NCBI GenBank assembly: GCA_965228895.1
Contig: OZ245842.1
Coordinates: 928,001 to 992,000 of the forward strand
Source of the DNA: Alphaproteobacteria bacterium
GTDB lineage: Bacteria; Pseudomonadota; Alphaproteobacteria; SP197
Reading direction: 5' to 3'
Length of the DNA: 64,000 bases
This document shows, piece by piece, positions 35,897 through 44,705 of this stretch. The translations under genes were made by a program, and so were the position numbers. The notes under the pieces were generated by a model. The model did no database searches and had not been told where the DNA came from. It saw only the letters and a list, made by a program, of their open reading frames with translations. Position 1 is the first letter of the stretch. Every line of letters begins with the position of its first letter.

Positions 35897-36895
35897 ATGA
35901 AGACACCCATTCTGGTGACGGGCGCAGGCGGTCAGATCGGATCGGAACTGGTGCCGGCGCTTCGCGAACGTTATGGCCGGCGCGAGGTCATTGCATCGGA
36001 CGTCCGGGTGCCCACCGGCGGCGCGCAGCTGGATGGGCCTTTCGAACGGCTTGATGCCACCAAGCGCCGCCAGATCGCAGAAGTCTGCGGCGACTACAGC
36101 ATCGGCACGATCTATCACATGGCCGCCTTGTTATCGGCGGTCGCTGAAGAACGGCCGCAGACCGCCTGGGAAGTCAATATGGGCAGTCTCTACCGGATCC
36201 TGGAGGTGGCGCGGCGTTACGAGACCGCCGTCTTTTTCCCCAGCTCGATCGGTGCGTTCGGGCCGACGACGCCGCGTGACGACACGCCGCAGGACACGGT
36301 TCAGCGGCCGACGACCATGTATGGCGTGACCAAGGTCTCCGGCGAAATGCTGTGCGACTACTACGCCAACCGGTTCGGCATGGATGTCCGTGGTGTCCGG
36401 CTGCCGGGGCTGATTTCCAACGTCGCGCCGCCCGGCGGCGGCACAACGGACTACGCTGTCGATATCTTCTATCAGGCCGTCCGCTACCGGCATTACACCT
36501 GCTATCTGAGAGACGACACGCGGGTCGACATGATGTACATGCCCGACGCCATCGATGCGATGGTCGGCGTGATGGAGGCCGACCCCGCCCGGCTTACACA
36601 CCGCAACGCGTTCAATGTGACGGCGTTTAATGTGACGCCAGCCGAGTTGGCCGAGGCGATTCGCCGTCACATGCCGACCTTCGCAATCGATTATGATGTC
36701 GATCCGGTTCGCCAGGCGATCGCGGATTCGTGGCCCCGTTCGATCGATGACAGCGCCGCGCGGGACGAGTGGGATTGGTCACCGCGCTATGACCTCGATG
36801 CGATGACCGCCGATATGCTGTCGTGCCTCTCCGAACGCCTGGCCTCCGCCGTTCAAGACGACCGCGCCGCCGAAGGAGGTGACCATGCCCTTTGA
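35897..36895 (+). CDS. tdh: SDR-type L-threonine 3-dehydrogenase
   Basis: TGAGGQIG, AALLSA, PSSIGAFG, YGVTK, PGGGTTDYAV, IADSWP; adjacent to kbl. Confidence 0.88.
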   Translation: MKTPILVTGAGGQIGSELVPALRERYGRREVIASDVRVPTGGAQLDGPFERLDATKRRQIAEVCGDYSIGTIYHMAALLSAVAEERPQTAWEVNMGSLYRILEVARRYETAVFFPSSIGAFGPTTPRDDTPQDTVQRPTTMYGVTKVSGEMLCDYYANRFGMDVRGVRLPGLISNVAPPGGGTTDYAVDIFYQAVRYRHYTCYLRDDTRVDMMYMPDAIDAMVGVMEADPARLTHRNAFNVTAFNVTPAELAEAIRRHMPTFAIDYDVDPVRQAIADSWPRSIDDSAARDEWDWSPRYDLDAMTADMLSCLSERLASAVQDDRAAEGGDHAL

Positions 36896-38111
36896 CCGTC
36901 TCGAACAGGCCTTGCGAGCGGCCCTGGAGCGGCTCGACGAAACCGGCTCGCGCAAGGGTGATGAACGGGTCGTCACCGGCGTTGTTCCAGCCGAAGGCGA
37001 CAGGGGACCCCGGTTCCTCCTGGACGGCGAGGGCGAGCGTCCGTTCATCCGCATGAACGCGAACAGTTATCTCGGCATGTCGCTCAACAGCGATGTCCAG
37101 GCTGCGGGCGAAGACGCGGTGCACCGGCTGGGCAGCGGCCCGGGCGCGGTACGCTTCATCAGCGGCACCTGGAAGCCGCACGTTATGCTGGAGCAGCGCT
37201 TAGCGGCGTTCCACGGGCGCGAGGCGTCGATGATCTTCAGTTCGGCTTACGCCACCATCATGGGCGTGTTGCCGCCGCTGATCACCGACGAGACAGCCGT
37301 CATCAGCGACGAGCTCAACCACAACTGCATCATCAATGCGATGCGGCTGGCCCGCCCGGCGGAAAAGCACATCTACGATCATCTGAATTTCGCCACGCTC
37401 GAAACCTGTCTTGAAAAGGCGGCGAAGACCTGCCGCCGGGCGATCGTTGTGACCGATGGTGTCTTCAGCATGCGCGGCGACCACGCGCAGCTCGATCAGA
37501 TCGTCGCGCTGGCCCGACGGTTCGACGACAACTTTGCCGAAAATGTCGTGGTGATCGTCGATGACTCCCATGGCGTCGGCGCGCTGGGTGAAACCGGACG
37601 CGGCACCGAGGAGATCACCGGCACACCCCCGGTCGACCTTCTTGTCGCCACTCTGGGCAAGGCAATCGGCGTCAACGGCGGCTATGTGGTCGCGAGCCAG
37701 GTGTTGATCGATTATCTGCGTGAGACCTCGCCATTCTATATCTACTCCAACCCGATCACGCCGGGCGAAGCAGCGGCGGCGCTGACGTCGGTCGACCTGC
37801 TCGATGGCCAGTACGGCCGCGCCCTTCTGGTCCATCTGCGCGCCATGACCCAGCGCTTCCGTGACGGCTTGGCGCGACTGGGTCTGGAGACCATACCGGG
37901 CGAACACCCGATCGTGCCGTTGATGGTGAGAGATACCGAACGCACCGCCGCCTTGACGCGCGGTCTCTTCGAACGCGGTATCCTGGCAACCGCAATCAAC
38001 TATCCCGTCGTGCCGCGCGGCGAAGACGAAATCCGCTTCCAGATCGCCGCCGATCATACGCCAGGCGATATCGACACGGTTGTGGCCGCGCTTGAAGAAC
38101 TCAAGGCCTAA
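36885..38111 (+). CDS. kbl: 2-amino-3-ketobutyrate CoA ligase (glycine C-acetyltransferase)
   Basis: ANSYLG, AVRFISGT, SDELNHNCII, TDGVFSMRGD, DDSHGVG, TLGKA, YPVVPRG. Confidence 0.88.
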   Translation: MPFDRLEQALRAALERLDETGSRKGDERVVTGVVPAEGDRGPRFLLDGEGERPFIRMNANSYLGMSLNSDVQAAGEDAVHRLGSGPGAVRFISGTWKPHVMLEQRLAAFHGREASMIFSSAYATIMGVLPPLITDETAVISDELNHNCIINAMRLARPAEKHIYDHLNFATLETCLEKAAKTCRRAIVVTDGVFSMRGDHAQLDQIVALARRFDDNFAENVVVIVDDSHGVGALGETGRGTEEITGTPPVDLLVATLGKAIGVNGGYVVASQVLIDYLRETSPFYIYSNPITPGEAAAALTSVDLLDGQYGRALLVHLRAMTQRFRDGLARLGLETIPGEHPIVPLMVRDTERTAALTRGLFERGILATAINYPVVPRGEDEIRFQIAADHTPGDIDTVVAALEELKA

Positions 38112-38848
38112 GCGGCAACGGCCTCCAGGGCCGCTTCAAGCTGGGCAACGATGCCCTTTTTGCCGGGCGCGAAGCTCTCATCGAACAGCGCCGTCCCGAT
38201 GGTCATACCGTCGACACCGAGTTCGGCCATCAGCCGCGTCTGTTCGGGCCCCTTAATGCTGCCGGCGACGATCAGACCGCCGGGATGAAGCGCCGTGCGC
38301 GCCGCGCGCACCAGATCGACGGGGTCGGCATCGGTTGCGCGGTAGGCCAGCAGGTCGACGCCGGCCGCACCCTGCGCCATGAAGGCGCGGCAATGCGCCG
38401 CAATGTCGTCGGGGGTGCCGCCCAGGTCGGTGGGATGACCCGCAGGGAACCCGGCAAACGGATAATACGCGATAGCGGTTCCGTCGATGACCGCGTTGAT
38501 GGCCTTGATGTCGGTCCCGCCGAGCAACCGGTCGATACCCAGATCAACGGCGGTCCGGGCCGATGACAGGCAGTCTTCCGGGGTCTCGCTGACGACTTCG
38601 AAGTAGCTGGTTGCGCCGGCGGCGCGAATCCGTTCGGCAAGCGCGTGCATCGTTTCCTTGGGCACGCCGACATCCTTGAATCCGATATGGCGAACGTCCA
38701 ACGAAGCGATGGCATCAAGGACGTCCAAACAATCGGGCACAGTCTTGTCATCGCGCGTCAGCATAAAAATCAGATCCACGGGCTGCCCCTCCGTTCCGGG
38801 CGTTCGGTTCTGTAACATCAGTCTAAAAGCGGCCGGGAGAGCCGTCAT
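38108..38848 (-). CDS. Uncharacterised TIM-barrel-like protein divergent from pdxA (start uncertain)
   Basis: DLIFMLTRDD, HIGFKDVG, FEVVS, GVDLLAYR; IVAGSI...GMTIGTA resembles a TIM-barrel phosphate-binding tail. Confidence 0.65.
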   Translation of the reverse strand: MTALPAAFRLMLQNRTPGTEGQPVDLIFMLTRDDKTVPDCLDVLDAIASLDVRHIGFKDVGVPKETMHALAERIRAAGATSYFEVVSETPEDCLSSARTAVDLGIDRLLGGTDIKAINAVIDGTAIAYYPFAGFPAGHPTDLGGTPDDIAAHCRAFMAQGAAGVDLLAYRATDADPVDLVRAARTALHPGGLIVAGSIKGPEQTRLMAELGVDGMTIGTALFDESFAPGKKGIVAQLEAALEAVAA

Positions 38849-38854
38849 CGTCCT

Positions 38855-38872
38855 TTTTCGATTTCGAAAATT
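38855..38872. promoter_or_regulatory. Palindromic operator TTTTCGA-N2-TCGAAAA, copy 2
   Basis: TTTTCGATTTCGAAAATT between the TIM-barrel gene and pdxA; 17 nt identical to the site at 29800-29816. Confidence 0.7.
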
Positions 38873-38911
38873 CGCTATACTTTGTATTCCTCAACGCGAC
38901 CAACACGGCCC

Positions 38912-39934
38912 ATGTCCAAGTCTGACCTTCCCATTGCCGTCACCATGGGCGATCCTGCCGGAATCGGACCGGAGATCATCGCCAAGGTGTTCGCCGAACC
39001 CGACTTCACCTTGCCCGCAATGGTCTATGGCGATGCCGGCGTTATGCGGCGCGTGGTCGATCGTCTTGCCATTCCCGTGGAGGTTCGCGAAATCGCAGCA
39101 CCGGGCGACGCGGAACCGCGGGCCGGATGCGTCGATGTCATCGCCGTTTCGGATCTGGGCGATGACCTTGCTGTCGGCAAGGTCGATGCGCGCGCAGGCG
39201 AGGCCGCCTATCGCTATGTGACCGAGGCGATCACGGCAGCGATGAAGGGTGATGTACGCGCCATCGCGACCGCGCCCATCAACAAGGAGTCGCTTCAGCT
39301 CGCCGGCGTGCCCTATCCCGGTCATACGGAAATGCTGGCAGACCATTCGGGGACCAACGACTACGCGATGATGCTGTTCAACAACGAACTCCGCGTCATC
39401 CTTGTTACCATCCACGTGTCGCTGCGCGATGCCATCGACATGCTGACCGTCGAAAAGGAGCTCACGATCATCCGTCTGGCCCATCGGGCGGCGCGTGATC
39501 TGGGTGTCGCGAAGCCGCGCGTCGCCGTCGCCGGGCTGAACCCGCATGCCGGCGAGAGCGGCCAGTTCGGTTCGGAAGATGACGCCATCATTGCGCCGGC
39601 GGTTCAAATGGCCCGCGATGAAGGCATCGACTGCTCGGGACCATGGCCGGGCGATACGGTCTTCATGCAGGCGCGCCAGGGCCGTTTCGATATCGTTGTC
39701 GCCCAGTATCATGATCAGGGGTTGATCCCGGTGAAGTATCTGGGCATCGACGAGGGCGTCAACGTGACGGTCGGTTTACCTTTTGTACGGGCGAGCGTTG
39801 ACCATGGGACCGCCTTTGACATTGCGGGAACCGGCCAAGCCGACCACCGCAGCATGCGCGTCGCGATCGAGCAGGCCGCCCAGATGGCCGGTTCTCGGAC
39901 GCCGATATCAGGCGGCTCGTCTGAGACTGCTTAA
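38912..39934 (+). CDS. pdxA: PdxA-family dehydrogenase (4-hydroxythreonine-4-phosphate / D-threonate-4-phosphate dehydrogenase, PdxA2-like context)
   Basis: TMGDPAGIGPE, TAPINK, PGHTE, LNPHAGE, YHDQG, SVDHGTAFDIAG. Confidence 0.92.
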   Translation: MSKSDLPIAVTMGDPAGIGPEIIAKVFAEPDFTLPAMVYGDAGVMRRVVDRLAIPVEVREIAAPGDAEPRAGCVDVIAVSDLGDDLAVGKVDARAGEAAYRYVTEAITAAMKGDVRAIATAPINKESLQLAGVPYPGHTEMLADHSGTNDYAMMLFNNELRVILVTIHVSLRDAIDMLTVEKELTIIRLAHRAARDLGVAKPRVAVAGLNPHAGESGQFGSEDDAIIAPAVQMARDEGIDCSGPWPGDTVFMQARQGRFDIVVAQYHDQGLIPVKYLGIDEGVNVTVGLPFVRASVDHGTAFDIAGTGQADHRSMRVAIEQAAQMAGSRTPISGGSSETA

Positions 39935-40103
39935 GGCTCACAGCCGGTTTTTGGCGGTTTCAACTGCTTTGACGTTAGAAAATCTAAAGAGACGGTGAGG
40001 TATCGTCGTTTGTCGTCGCTGATCTGTGGCCCATCTCCAAGGAAGCCGCATTCATCCCGGTCGCGTGTTGAGGCGATTGTCGGGAGCTACCACGGAGAGA
40101 GAC

Positions 40104-40970
40104 ATGAGCCTGGCCCAGGTCAGCCCGATTTCCCACTTTGATCATCAACTTCGTCCCGCGAAGACGGTGGTGACGAACAGGACCGTCGAAGGCGAGCTCG
40201 TTTTTCTCGACGCCAACAGTCCTGAGCCGATTAGCGTCTATCGTGAGCGGAGCCAGGTTCCGGAGCGTACGGGAACCTATCAAAACGTGCGCCTGCCGAT
40301 CCGCGACATGCGCGCGATCGATCCGACCCTGGATGTCGAAGGTTTCGCCCTTCGCGAGGTGGCGACGGCTGTGACCGATTTCCTGGACGATGACCAGATC
40401 CGCAACGTCTATGACAACGAAATCGAAAGCCTGATCAAGGCGGAGACAGGCGCGACCAAGGTCGTGATCTTCGATCATACCGTTCGCATCGAACGCAAAG
40501 ACGATGAAGAGATCGAACAACGCGGGCCGGTCAAGCTGGTACACAACGACTACACCGAAAAGTCCGGGCCCCAGCGCGTGCGCGATCTTTTGCCGCACGC
40601 CGAAGCCGAGGCTTGGCTCGCCGGCCGCTTTGCGCAGATTAACGTGTGGCGGCCGTTGCGCGGACCCGTCCGGTCCAAGCCACTCGCCCTTGCCGACGCA
40701 CAATCCGTCCTGCCCAGCGATCTCGTCGCCGTCGATCTCGTCTATCCCGACCGGGTCGGCGAGATCTATCACGCCACCTATAGCCCTGGGCAACGCTGGT
40801 TCTACGCGCCCGACATGACCGCCGACGAGGTTCTGCTGATCAAGGGGTACGATTCGGCCAAAGACGGGCGCGCCCGCTTCTCGCCGCATACGGCCTTCGA
40901 TTTGGCCGATCGCGATGCGCCGCCAAGGGAAAGCATCGAGGTCCGCGCGATCGTGTCGTTTGCAACCTAG
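40104..40970 (+). CDS. CmcJ/NvfI-family Fe(II)-dependent oxidoreductase
   Basis: TLDVEGF, FDHTVR, VHNDYT, INVWRP, PLALAD, PHTAF, RESIEVR. Confidence 0.82.
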   Translation: MSLAQVSPISHFDHQLRPAKTVVTNRTVEGELVFLDANSPEPISVYRERSQVPERTGTYQNVRLPIRDMRAIDPTLDVEGFALREVATAVTDFLDDDQIRNVYDNEIESLIKAETGATKVVIFDHTVRIERKDDEEIEQRGPVKLVHNDYTEKSGPQRVRDLLPHAEAEAWLAGRFAQINVWRPLRGPVRSKPLALADAQSVLPSDLVAVDLVYPDRVGEIYHATYSPGQRWFYAPDMTADEVLLIKGYDSAKDGRARFSPHTAFDLADRDAPPRESIEVRAIVSFAT

Positions 40971-41105
40971 AGCGTCGATGCATAGACAGCGGACGTCCGC
41001 CGATGCGATTGATGAAGCGCGACTCTAGGGAGATGGACGCCGTCAGCATCGTCGTCGATCTCTTTAGAGCCGCCCCGACTTGAGGAACTCAGACAGCACA
41101 CGCGA

Positions 41106-42014
41106 TCATGTGTCGGTGGTTGAGGCTTGCTTGATAAGGTTCCTCAACCACTTGTGTCGTGGTGATCTCGCGTTACGACGATGCCAGATCTGAGAGATCG
41201 TAAAGGGGGCCAGAGGCAGCGGCGGTTCAATACTGCCGAATCCACGAAACGACGCGTGTTGCAGCAGCGATGGCAACGTCGCGATGGTGTTCGTGCCCCT
41301 TATCATTTCAGCGAGGGCGCCGAAGCTGGGCGCCGCAAGGACAATATTCCGGGACCGCCGAAACTCTGCCAAGCCAGCGTCTATCTCCGTTTGGCGAACG
41401 TCTCCGTTGACAACGATGGCGTGCGGTGCGGCGCAGTACTGATCCAGGGTAACGGGTGCCTCGCGGGCCGTTTCGTCAAAAAAGCAGAGATCATGGTCGT
41501 CCAAAAGGATGTTCTGGAACAAATCGGATTCATTGCTATCAAGCGTTGGCGCTAACGCCAAGTCGACAGCATCGTCACGCAGCAATTGCGTCACATCTGA
41601 TTGGGACGCCGGTCGAACGATGTTTAGAGTCAGGCCGGGCGCCTTATGCCGCAATTCAAGGAACAGAGGAGAGAGCGCAGCAGCGACCTCGTAGTCGCTT
41701 GCGGCAATAGTGAACGAAGCATCATCGGTTTGCGGATCGTACTCAATGGGATCCGTGAACCTCTTCATCTCGGCAAGAAGGCTTCTTGCTTGATCGGCGA
41801 TCACATGCGCGCGTTCGGTCGGCGCAATGCCGCGTCCGGAACGCACAAAGAGCTCGTCACCCACAATCTTGCGTAGCCGCGTCAAGCTATGACTGATGGT
41901 CGATTGGTTGACAGCGAGACGGCGCGCGGCCTCGGACACTGATTCTGAATCGTAGACGCTCAGAAAAATTTGAAGCAGACGGCCGTCCAGGGCCGAATAA
42001 TCAGTTTCGCTCAT
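41106..42014 (-). CDS. LysR-family regulator (NahR/LeuO-like)
   Basis: LDGRLLQIF...SVSEAARRLAVNQSTISHSLTRLR...LFVRSGRGIAPT; WH...RHKWLR. Confidence 0.92.
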   Translation of the reverse strand: MSETDYSALDGRLLQIFLSVYDSESVSEAARRLAVNQSTISHSLTRLRKIVGDELFVRSGRGIAPTERAHVIADQARSLLAEMKRFTDPIEYDPQTDDASFTIAASDYEVAAALSPLFLELRHKAPGLTLNIVRPASQSDVTQLLRDDAVDLALAPTLDSNESDLFQNILLDDHDLCFFDETAREAPVTLDQYCAAPHAIVVNGDVRQTEIDAGLAEFRRSRNIVLAAPSFGALAEMIRGTNTIATLPSLLQHASFRGFGSIEPPLPLAPFTISQIWHRRNARSPRHKWLRNLIKQASTTDT

Positions 42015-42089
42015 AGGTACTATGTATGCTGTGCCATTGATTGGGACTCCATAATTTTCCACGCTCCGAACTCGGTAAGTAAGGAAGTT

Positions 42090-42178
42090 ATGAAGTGAAA
42101 GCCCTCAGTCTCGTTGGTTCCCTCCGCCGCCTGCATGATCATGGTAGGCCCTGTTCGGGATCAGCAGCTAGCCATTAA
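42090..42178 (+). pseudogene. 5' remnant of an NAD(P)H-dependent FMN reductase-like gene
   Basis: After an AAGGAAG RBS, divergent from the LysR gene: (MK)VKALSLVGSLRR matches the GSLR flavin-phosphate loop; ATG 42090 is out of frame and the frame stops at 42178. Confidence 0.45.
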
Positions 42179-42321
42179 TCAAGAGACGCAAGCGTCCATC
42201 GACGTTGGCTTAGTGGAACGGCATGGGTTGTAAAATTTGAGTGATGCGGATTCCCCAAGGCTCAGCTCTTGGGATTTGTGCGTCGGTTCAGAAATTTGGC
42301 AGTGACCAAGGGGCATGACGT

Positions 42322-43254
42322 ATGGCTGACCAAACGCATTCGATGGGGGCGGGCACCGCTGATTACGGCGGATCGCTGGGTTTCCGTATCCGCTCCGTGT
42401 TTTTGAAGTACGAATGGCTGCGCGGCTACACGCTGATGTCACCGACGTTGTTGGTGATGATCTTGCTGATGTGCGTGCCGCTGTTCACGCTTGTGACCTA
42501 CAGTTTCTGGACCCAGAACTATCTGGACATCGACACGACCCCGACGCTGGACAACTATCACGCCTTTTTCCAGAAGCCGATTTATGTGGCGTTGATGATG
42601 AAGTCGATCCGGATGTCGCTTTATTGCACCTTCGCGACGCTGATCCTGGCCTACCCGATGGCGTATTTCATCGCCTTCAAGGTGAAGAAGAACAAGCTGG
42701 TGTGGCTGATCCTGATCACGGTTCCGTTCTGGACCAGCTACCTGCTTCGGGTCTTCGCGTGGAAGGTGATCCTGGGCTATAACGGCGTCATCAATTCCGG
42801 TCTGATCAGCCTGGGTCTTCTGGAGGAACCGCTTCAGTTCCTGCTCTATAACCCAACGGCGGTGGTGTTGACGCTGGCCCATGCGTGGGCGGCGTTCGCC
42901 ATCCTGCCGATCTATGTGTCGCTGGAGAAGATAGACAGATCGCTGCTCGAAGCGGCGACCGACCTCGGCGACACCCCGGGCGAGAGGTTCTGGCGTGTGA
43001 CCTGGCCCCTATCGATACCCGGCGTTATCGCGGCCGGCCTGCTGGTCTTCATTCCAACCGTGGGCGACTACGTGACGCCCAAGCTGGTGGGCGGAACGAC
43101 CGGCATCATGATTGGCAACATCGTGCAGTCGCAGTTCGGTAAGGCGAACAACTGGCCCATGGGGGCGGCGCTGTCCGTCATCTCCATGATCCTGATAGCG
43201 ACACTGGTGGTGACCTTCATTGCCACAATGACGCGCGGGAGGGCTAAGTCCTGA
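42322..43254 (+). CDS. PotB-like ABC permease (second, orphan copy)
   Basis: PFWTSYLLRVFAW, SLLEAATDLGD, GDYVTPKLVGG, NWPMGAA. Confidence 0.93.
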   Translation: MADQTHSMGAGTADYGGSLGFRIRSVFLKYEWLRGYTLMSPTLLVMILLMCVPLFTLVTYSFWTQNYLDIDTTPTLDNYHAFFQKPIYVALMMKSIRMSLYCTFATLILAYPMAYFIAFKVKKNKLVWLILITVPFWTSYLLRVFAWKVILGYNGVINSGLISLGLLEEPLQFLLYNPTAVVLTLAHAWAAFAILPIYVSLEKIDRSLLEAATDLGDTPGERFWRVTWPLSIPGVIAAGLLVFIPTVGDYVTPKLVGGTTGIMIGNIVQSQFGKANNWPMGAALSVISMILIATLVVTFIATMTRGRAKS

Positions 43255-44153
43255 TGTCGGATACAACGAACACCGACGCCACTGCGTCGGAAGGCAACGA
43301 GGAACGCGCGGCGGGGACGCCGGGCCACGTTCAGGGCAAACACGAGGGTTATCATTGGTCGGGAGAAGCACCGCTGTTCATCTATGCGGTGTTCTATCTC
43401 TCGTTTCTCTATATCCCCGTTCTGTTTCTGCCGCTCTTCTCGTTCAACGACTCGATCTATGTCGCATTCCCGCTGAAGGGCTTCACGGTCCAGTGGTATG
43501 GCGACATGCTGGACAACCCGGCCTTGACCCAGGCGCTGTGGAACAGCGTCAAGGTCGGTGTCGGGGTCTCGATTGTGGCGACGTTCTTCGGCATTTTCGC
43601 GGCCAAGGCGATGACGCGCTATCACATGCCGGGCAAGGGCCCGCTGACCAGCTTCATCATGCTGCCGCTGGTGGTGCCGGGGATCATCCTGGGTATCGCG
43701 CTGCTGGTGATCTCCAACGCGGTCGGTCTGCCGCTGTCGCTGTTCACGATCGGCCTGGCGCATACGCTTGTGGCGGTGCCGTTCTCGATGCTGGTGTTGA
43801 TGTCGCGGCTTGAAGGTTTCGACAAGAGCCTGGAGGAAGCCTCTCTTGATCTGGGCGAGAACGCGTTCTCGACGTTCTTCAAGGTGACGTTGCCTCTGGC
43901 ATGGCCGGGCATTCTGGCCAGCTTCTTGTTGTGCTTCACCATCTCGTTCGACGAGTTCATCCTGGCCTTCTTCCTGGCCGGTAACGAGGTGACGCTGCCG
44001 ATCTACATCTGGAGCCAGCTGCGCTTCCCCAACAGGCTGCCGATGGTGCTGTCGCTTGGCGCCTGCATCCTGTTGGCATCGTTCTTCATCGTCACCTTCT
44101 CCGAGGTCATTCGACGCCGCGGCGTCGGAACCCAGAGCGGCTCGGCGATCTAG
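43254..44153 (+). CDS. PotC-like ABC permease (second, orphan copy)
   Basis: FLYIP, SLEEASLDLG, FTISFDEF, TLPIYIW. Confidence 0.93.
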   Translation: MSDTTNTDATASEGNEERAAGTPGHVQGKHEGYHWSGEAPLFIYAVFYLSFLYIPVLFLPLFSFNDSIYVAFPLKGFTVQWYGDMLDNPALTQALWNSVKVGVGVSIVATFFGIFAAKAMTRYHMPGKGPLTSFIMLPLVVPGIILGIALLVISNAVGLPLSLFTIGLAHTLVAVPFSMLVLMSRLEGFDKSLEEASLDLGENAFSTFFKVTLPLAWPGILASFLLCFTISFDEFILAFFLAGNEVTLPIYIWSQLRFPNRLPMVLSLGACILLASFFIVTFSEVIRRRGVGTQSGSAI

Positions 44154-44160
44154 GGCGGGT

Positions 44161-44201
44161 CGTGGTGAGGTGGAACCGACGAACGGTTCCACCTCACCAC
44201 G
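44161..44201. terminator. Perfect 18-bp stem-loop between convergent operons
   Basis: CGTGGTGAGGTGGAACCG-ACGAA-CGGTTCCACCTCACCACG. Confidence 0.65.
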
Positions 44202-44276
44202 TGAATCTGCTCTAAGGGAGACGAAAGCGCTAAGGCGCAACGAAAAGGCACGGCGTCCCAGGGCAAGAATGCCCCA

Positions 44277-44705
44277 TCACACCTTGCCGCATTGGAGGCG
44301 GCCGGCCACCCGGCAGGTCATGACCATATGCGGTGAGGTCGACGCCCTGACATCGAGTAGCGGGACCTCGCCACGCGTCGCGTCCCAATCATCGGTCCTG
44401 CCGCATAACAGGTTTTCCACCATCATCCGGCGGCCGTCGTCGCGCAGGATATAGAGCGTGCCGTCTGCCGCGCCGCGAAAATAGCTGACGCGCAATGTCG
44501 CGCCAGGCTCGATCGTGAGGTCCGGCAGCGACACAAAATGGGCGAGCACGGTGACGCAGCGCAGCGTCTGGCTGTCGCCATTGATCAGATCAAGGTCGAC
44601 AAGATCATCGCCGTCATCGCCGCCCGATTGCGCGGCGAGCGACGCGAGCGAACCGAACAACAAGGCGCCGATGAACGTGGCCCGCCGGCGTCGCGGCTCA
44701 GGCAT
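44277..44705 (-). CDS. Small exported hypothetical protein, last gene of the B6 operon
   Basis: ATG overlaps the ppaT stop; signal-like MPEPRRRRATFIGALLFGSLASLAA; four Cys. Confidence 0.6.
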   Translation of the reverse strand: MPEPRRRRATFIGALLFGSLASLAAQSGGDDGDDLVDLDLINGDSQTLRCVTVLAHFVSLPDLTIEPGATLRVSYFRGAADGTLYILRDDGRRMMVENLLCGRTDDWDATRGEVPLLDVRASTSPHMVMTCRVAGRLQCGKV

